Source: Octopus bimaculoides (taxonomy: Eukaryota). Taken from it: a DNA stretch of 37,478 nt. A model generated the notes under the pieces. It did no database searches. It saw nothing but the letters and a program-made list of their open reading frames with translations, and was not told the DNA's origin. This document shows, piece after piece, positions 35,661-37,478 of this stretch (position 1 is the first letter of the stretch; each line of letters begins with the position of its first letter). The position numbers were made by a program, and so were the translations under genes. Where the stretch lies: contig NC_068985.1 in assembly GCF_001194135.2 (NCBI RefSeq), positions 3,863,832 to 3,901,309 on the forward strand, written 5' to 3'.

Positions 35661-35798
35661 GGTGTGGCTGTGTGGTAAGAAACTTGCTTCCGAACCACAT
35701 GGTTCCGGGTTCAGTCCCACTGCATGGTACATTGGGCAAGCATATCCTATTATAGCCTCGTAAGTGGATTTGGTAGATGGAAACTGAAAGAAGCCCGT

Positions 35799-35800
<2 letters not shown>
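35661..35800 (+). mobile_element. SINE family A 5' half, in tandem with the previous copy
   Basis: GGTGTGGCTGTGTGGTAAG..GGTTCAGTCCCACTGC..GGAAACTGAAAGAAGCCCGTC. Confidence 0.85.
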
Positions 35801-35830
<30 letters not shown>

Positions 35831-35831
<1 letters not shown>

Positions 35832-35962
35832 CTTTATTGCTCACAGGGGGCTAAACACAGAGGGGACAAACAAGGACAGATAAAAGGATTAAGTCGTTTA
35901 CATCAACCCTAGTGCGGCGAAACTGGTACTTATTTAATCGACTCCGAAAGGATGAAAGGCAA
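35831..35962 (-). mobile_element. SINE family B variant, 3' half running into a gap
   Basis: ACTGGTACTTATTTAATCGACTCCGAAAGGATGAAAGGCAA is shared with family B; the tail differs. Confidence 0.7.
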
Positions 35963-36500
35963 NNNNNNNNNNNNNNNNNNNNNNNNNNNNNNNNNNNNNN
36001 NNNNNNNNNNNNNNNNNNNNNNNNNNNNNNNNNNNNNNNNNNNNNNNNNNNNNNNNNNNNNNNNNNNNNNNNNNNNNNNNNNNNNNNNNNNNNNNNNNNN
36101 NNNNNNNNNNNNNNNNNNNNNNNNNNNNNNNNNNNNNNNNNNNNNNNNNNNNNNNNNNNNNNNNNNNNNNNNNNNNNNNNNNNNNNNNNNNNNNNNNNNN
36201 NNNNNNNNNNNNNNNNNNNNNNNNNNNNNNNNNNNNNNNNNNNNNNNNNNNNNNNNNNNNNNNNNNNNNNNNNNNNNNNNNNNNNNNNNNNNNNNNNNNN
36301 NNNNNNNNNNNNNNNNNNNNNNNNNNNNNNNNNNNNNNNNNNNNNNNNNNNNNNNNNNNNNNNNNNNNNNNNNNNNNNNNNNNNNNNNNNNNNNNNNNNN
36401 NNNNNNNNNNNNNNNNNNNNNNNNNNNNNNNNNNNNNNNNNNNNNNNNNNNNNNNNNNNNNNNNNNNNNNNNNNNNNNNNNNNNNNNNNNNNNNNNNNNA

Positions 36501-36655
36501 CAACCGATGTTGGTATGTTTACGTTCCCGTAACTTAGCCGTTCGGCGCTAGAGACCGTACTAGAATAAGTACTCAGCTTACGAAAAAAAAGAAAAAAAAA
36601 GTTCTGAGGTCGATTTGTTCAAATGACTGAAACAAGTGAAAGAATAAAAGAATAG
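36501..36655 (+). mobile_element. SINE family A 3' fragment
   Basis: CAACCGATGTTGG..TAGAATAAGTACT..AATGACTGAAACAAGTGAAAGAATAAAAGA. Confidence 0.8.
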
Positions 36656-37169
36656 AGTCAGAAAAGTGAGTTTATGAGGTCGAGAAAGGCAACGGAACAT
36701 CTCTGACAATGGAAAGTGACAACCGACTGATTGTCCAATCAACACTTTAGACAAACCATTCATTGTGTTTTTCGACGATAAAACAGAGAAGTGGTATTGA
36801 ACCAGTGCGTGTGTTTATTCATATTTTTATTAGAGTAATGACCCTCTCAACGTGCAACAAGATTTGTTTCAACACACATAATTCACATCAAGAATCTTGC
36901 AAACGAAAAAGAGAAAAAAAACGATATAGAAAAAAGATTTAAATGTAATATAGAAAGGAAGTTGTAACTGATAATTTCATTAAGTCTTTCAACAGAATTT
37001 TTACGTGGAAGTTAGACTGAGTAACGTGAGAAGAATAATGATGAAGAACTTGTTTAACATTTTCACTTTTCTATTCTTTCCGCTTTTGTTTTCCTTTTTG
37101 TTTTTCGTAATTTTAGGTTTCGTTTTGTGATTTGTTATGAAATTTTCAGAAAATAGTCTTAATTGAAAA

Positions 37170-37280
<111 letters not shown>

Positions 37281-37478
37281 GTACTGGATCTCTTATGATT
37301 ATATATTCCTCTCTCATAATCTCTAGACAAACATATGTGGGAAATCTAAATACCTATGTATATATGTGTACATATACATATACACACATTTATGTATGTA
37401 TGAACGCATGTATGTATGAACGTATGTATGTAAAGCTAGATAGATTAGATAGATAGATAGATAGATAGATAGATGGAT

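Overview
AT-rich, microsatellite-dense animal genomic DNA with 12 N-gaps, most of them next to (TA)n-rich tracts. The SINE sequences resemble octopus/coleoid SINEs; this is inferred from recall, not from a database search. Almost all ORFs in the supplied track are artefacts of microsatellites or N-runs. Recognisable content: (1) two probable phase-0 exons of an unidentified minus-strand intron-rich gene (12868-12945, 2378-2554); (2) a near full-length mariner with both TIRs and TA duplications (11210-12446); (3) a decayed Penelope-like element (RT + GIY-YIG, ~21150-22808) followed by an intact hammerhead ribozyme core (23101-23190); (4) an R4/Dong-type RLE non-LTR fragment (34364-35076); (5) about 14 copies or fragments of three tRNA-derived SINE families. 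The most notable signal is a set of hammerhead ribozyme motifs in different flanking sequences: 17395-17427(-), 23101-23190(+), an inverted pair at 26282-26426 inside a 275-bp fold-back element with a 16-bp TSD, 30748-30793(-), and a half motif at 16071-16086(-). All have self-complementary minimal stem III. Three end at a (TA)n tract and a fourth at a gap bordered by (TA)n. This suggests several non-autonomous, ribozyme-carrying Penelope-type retroelement families.
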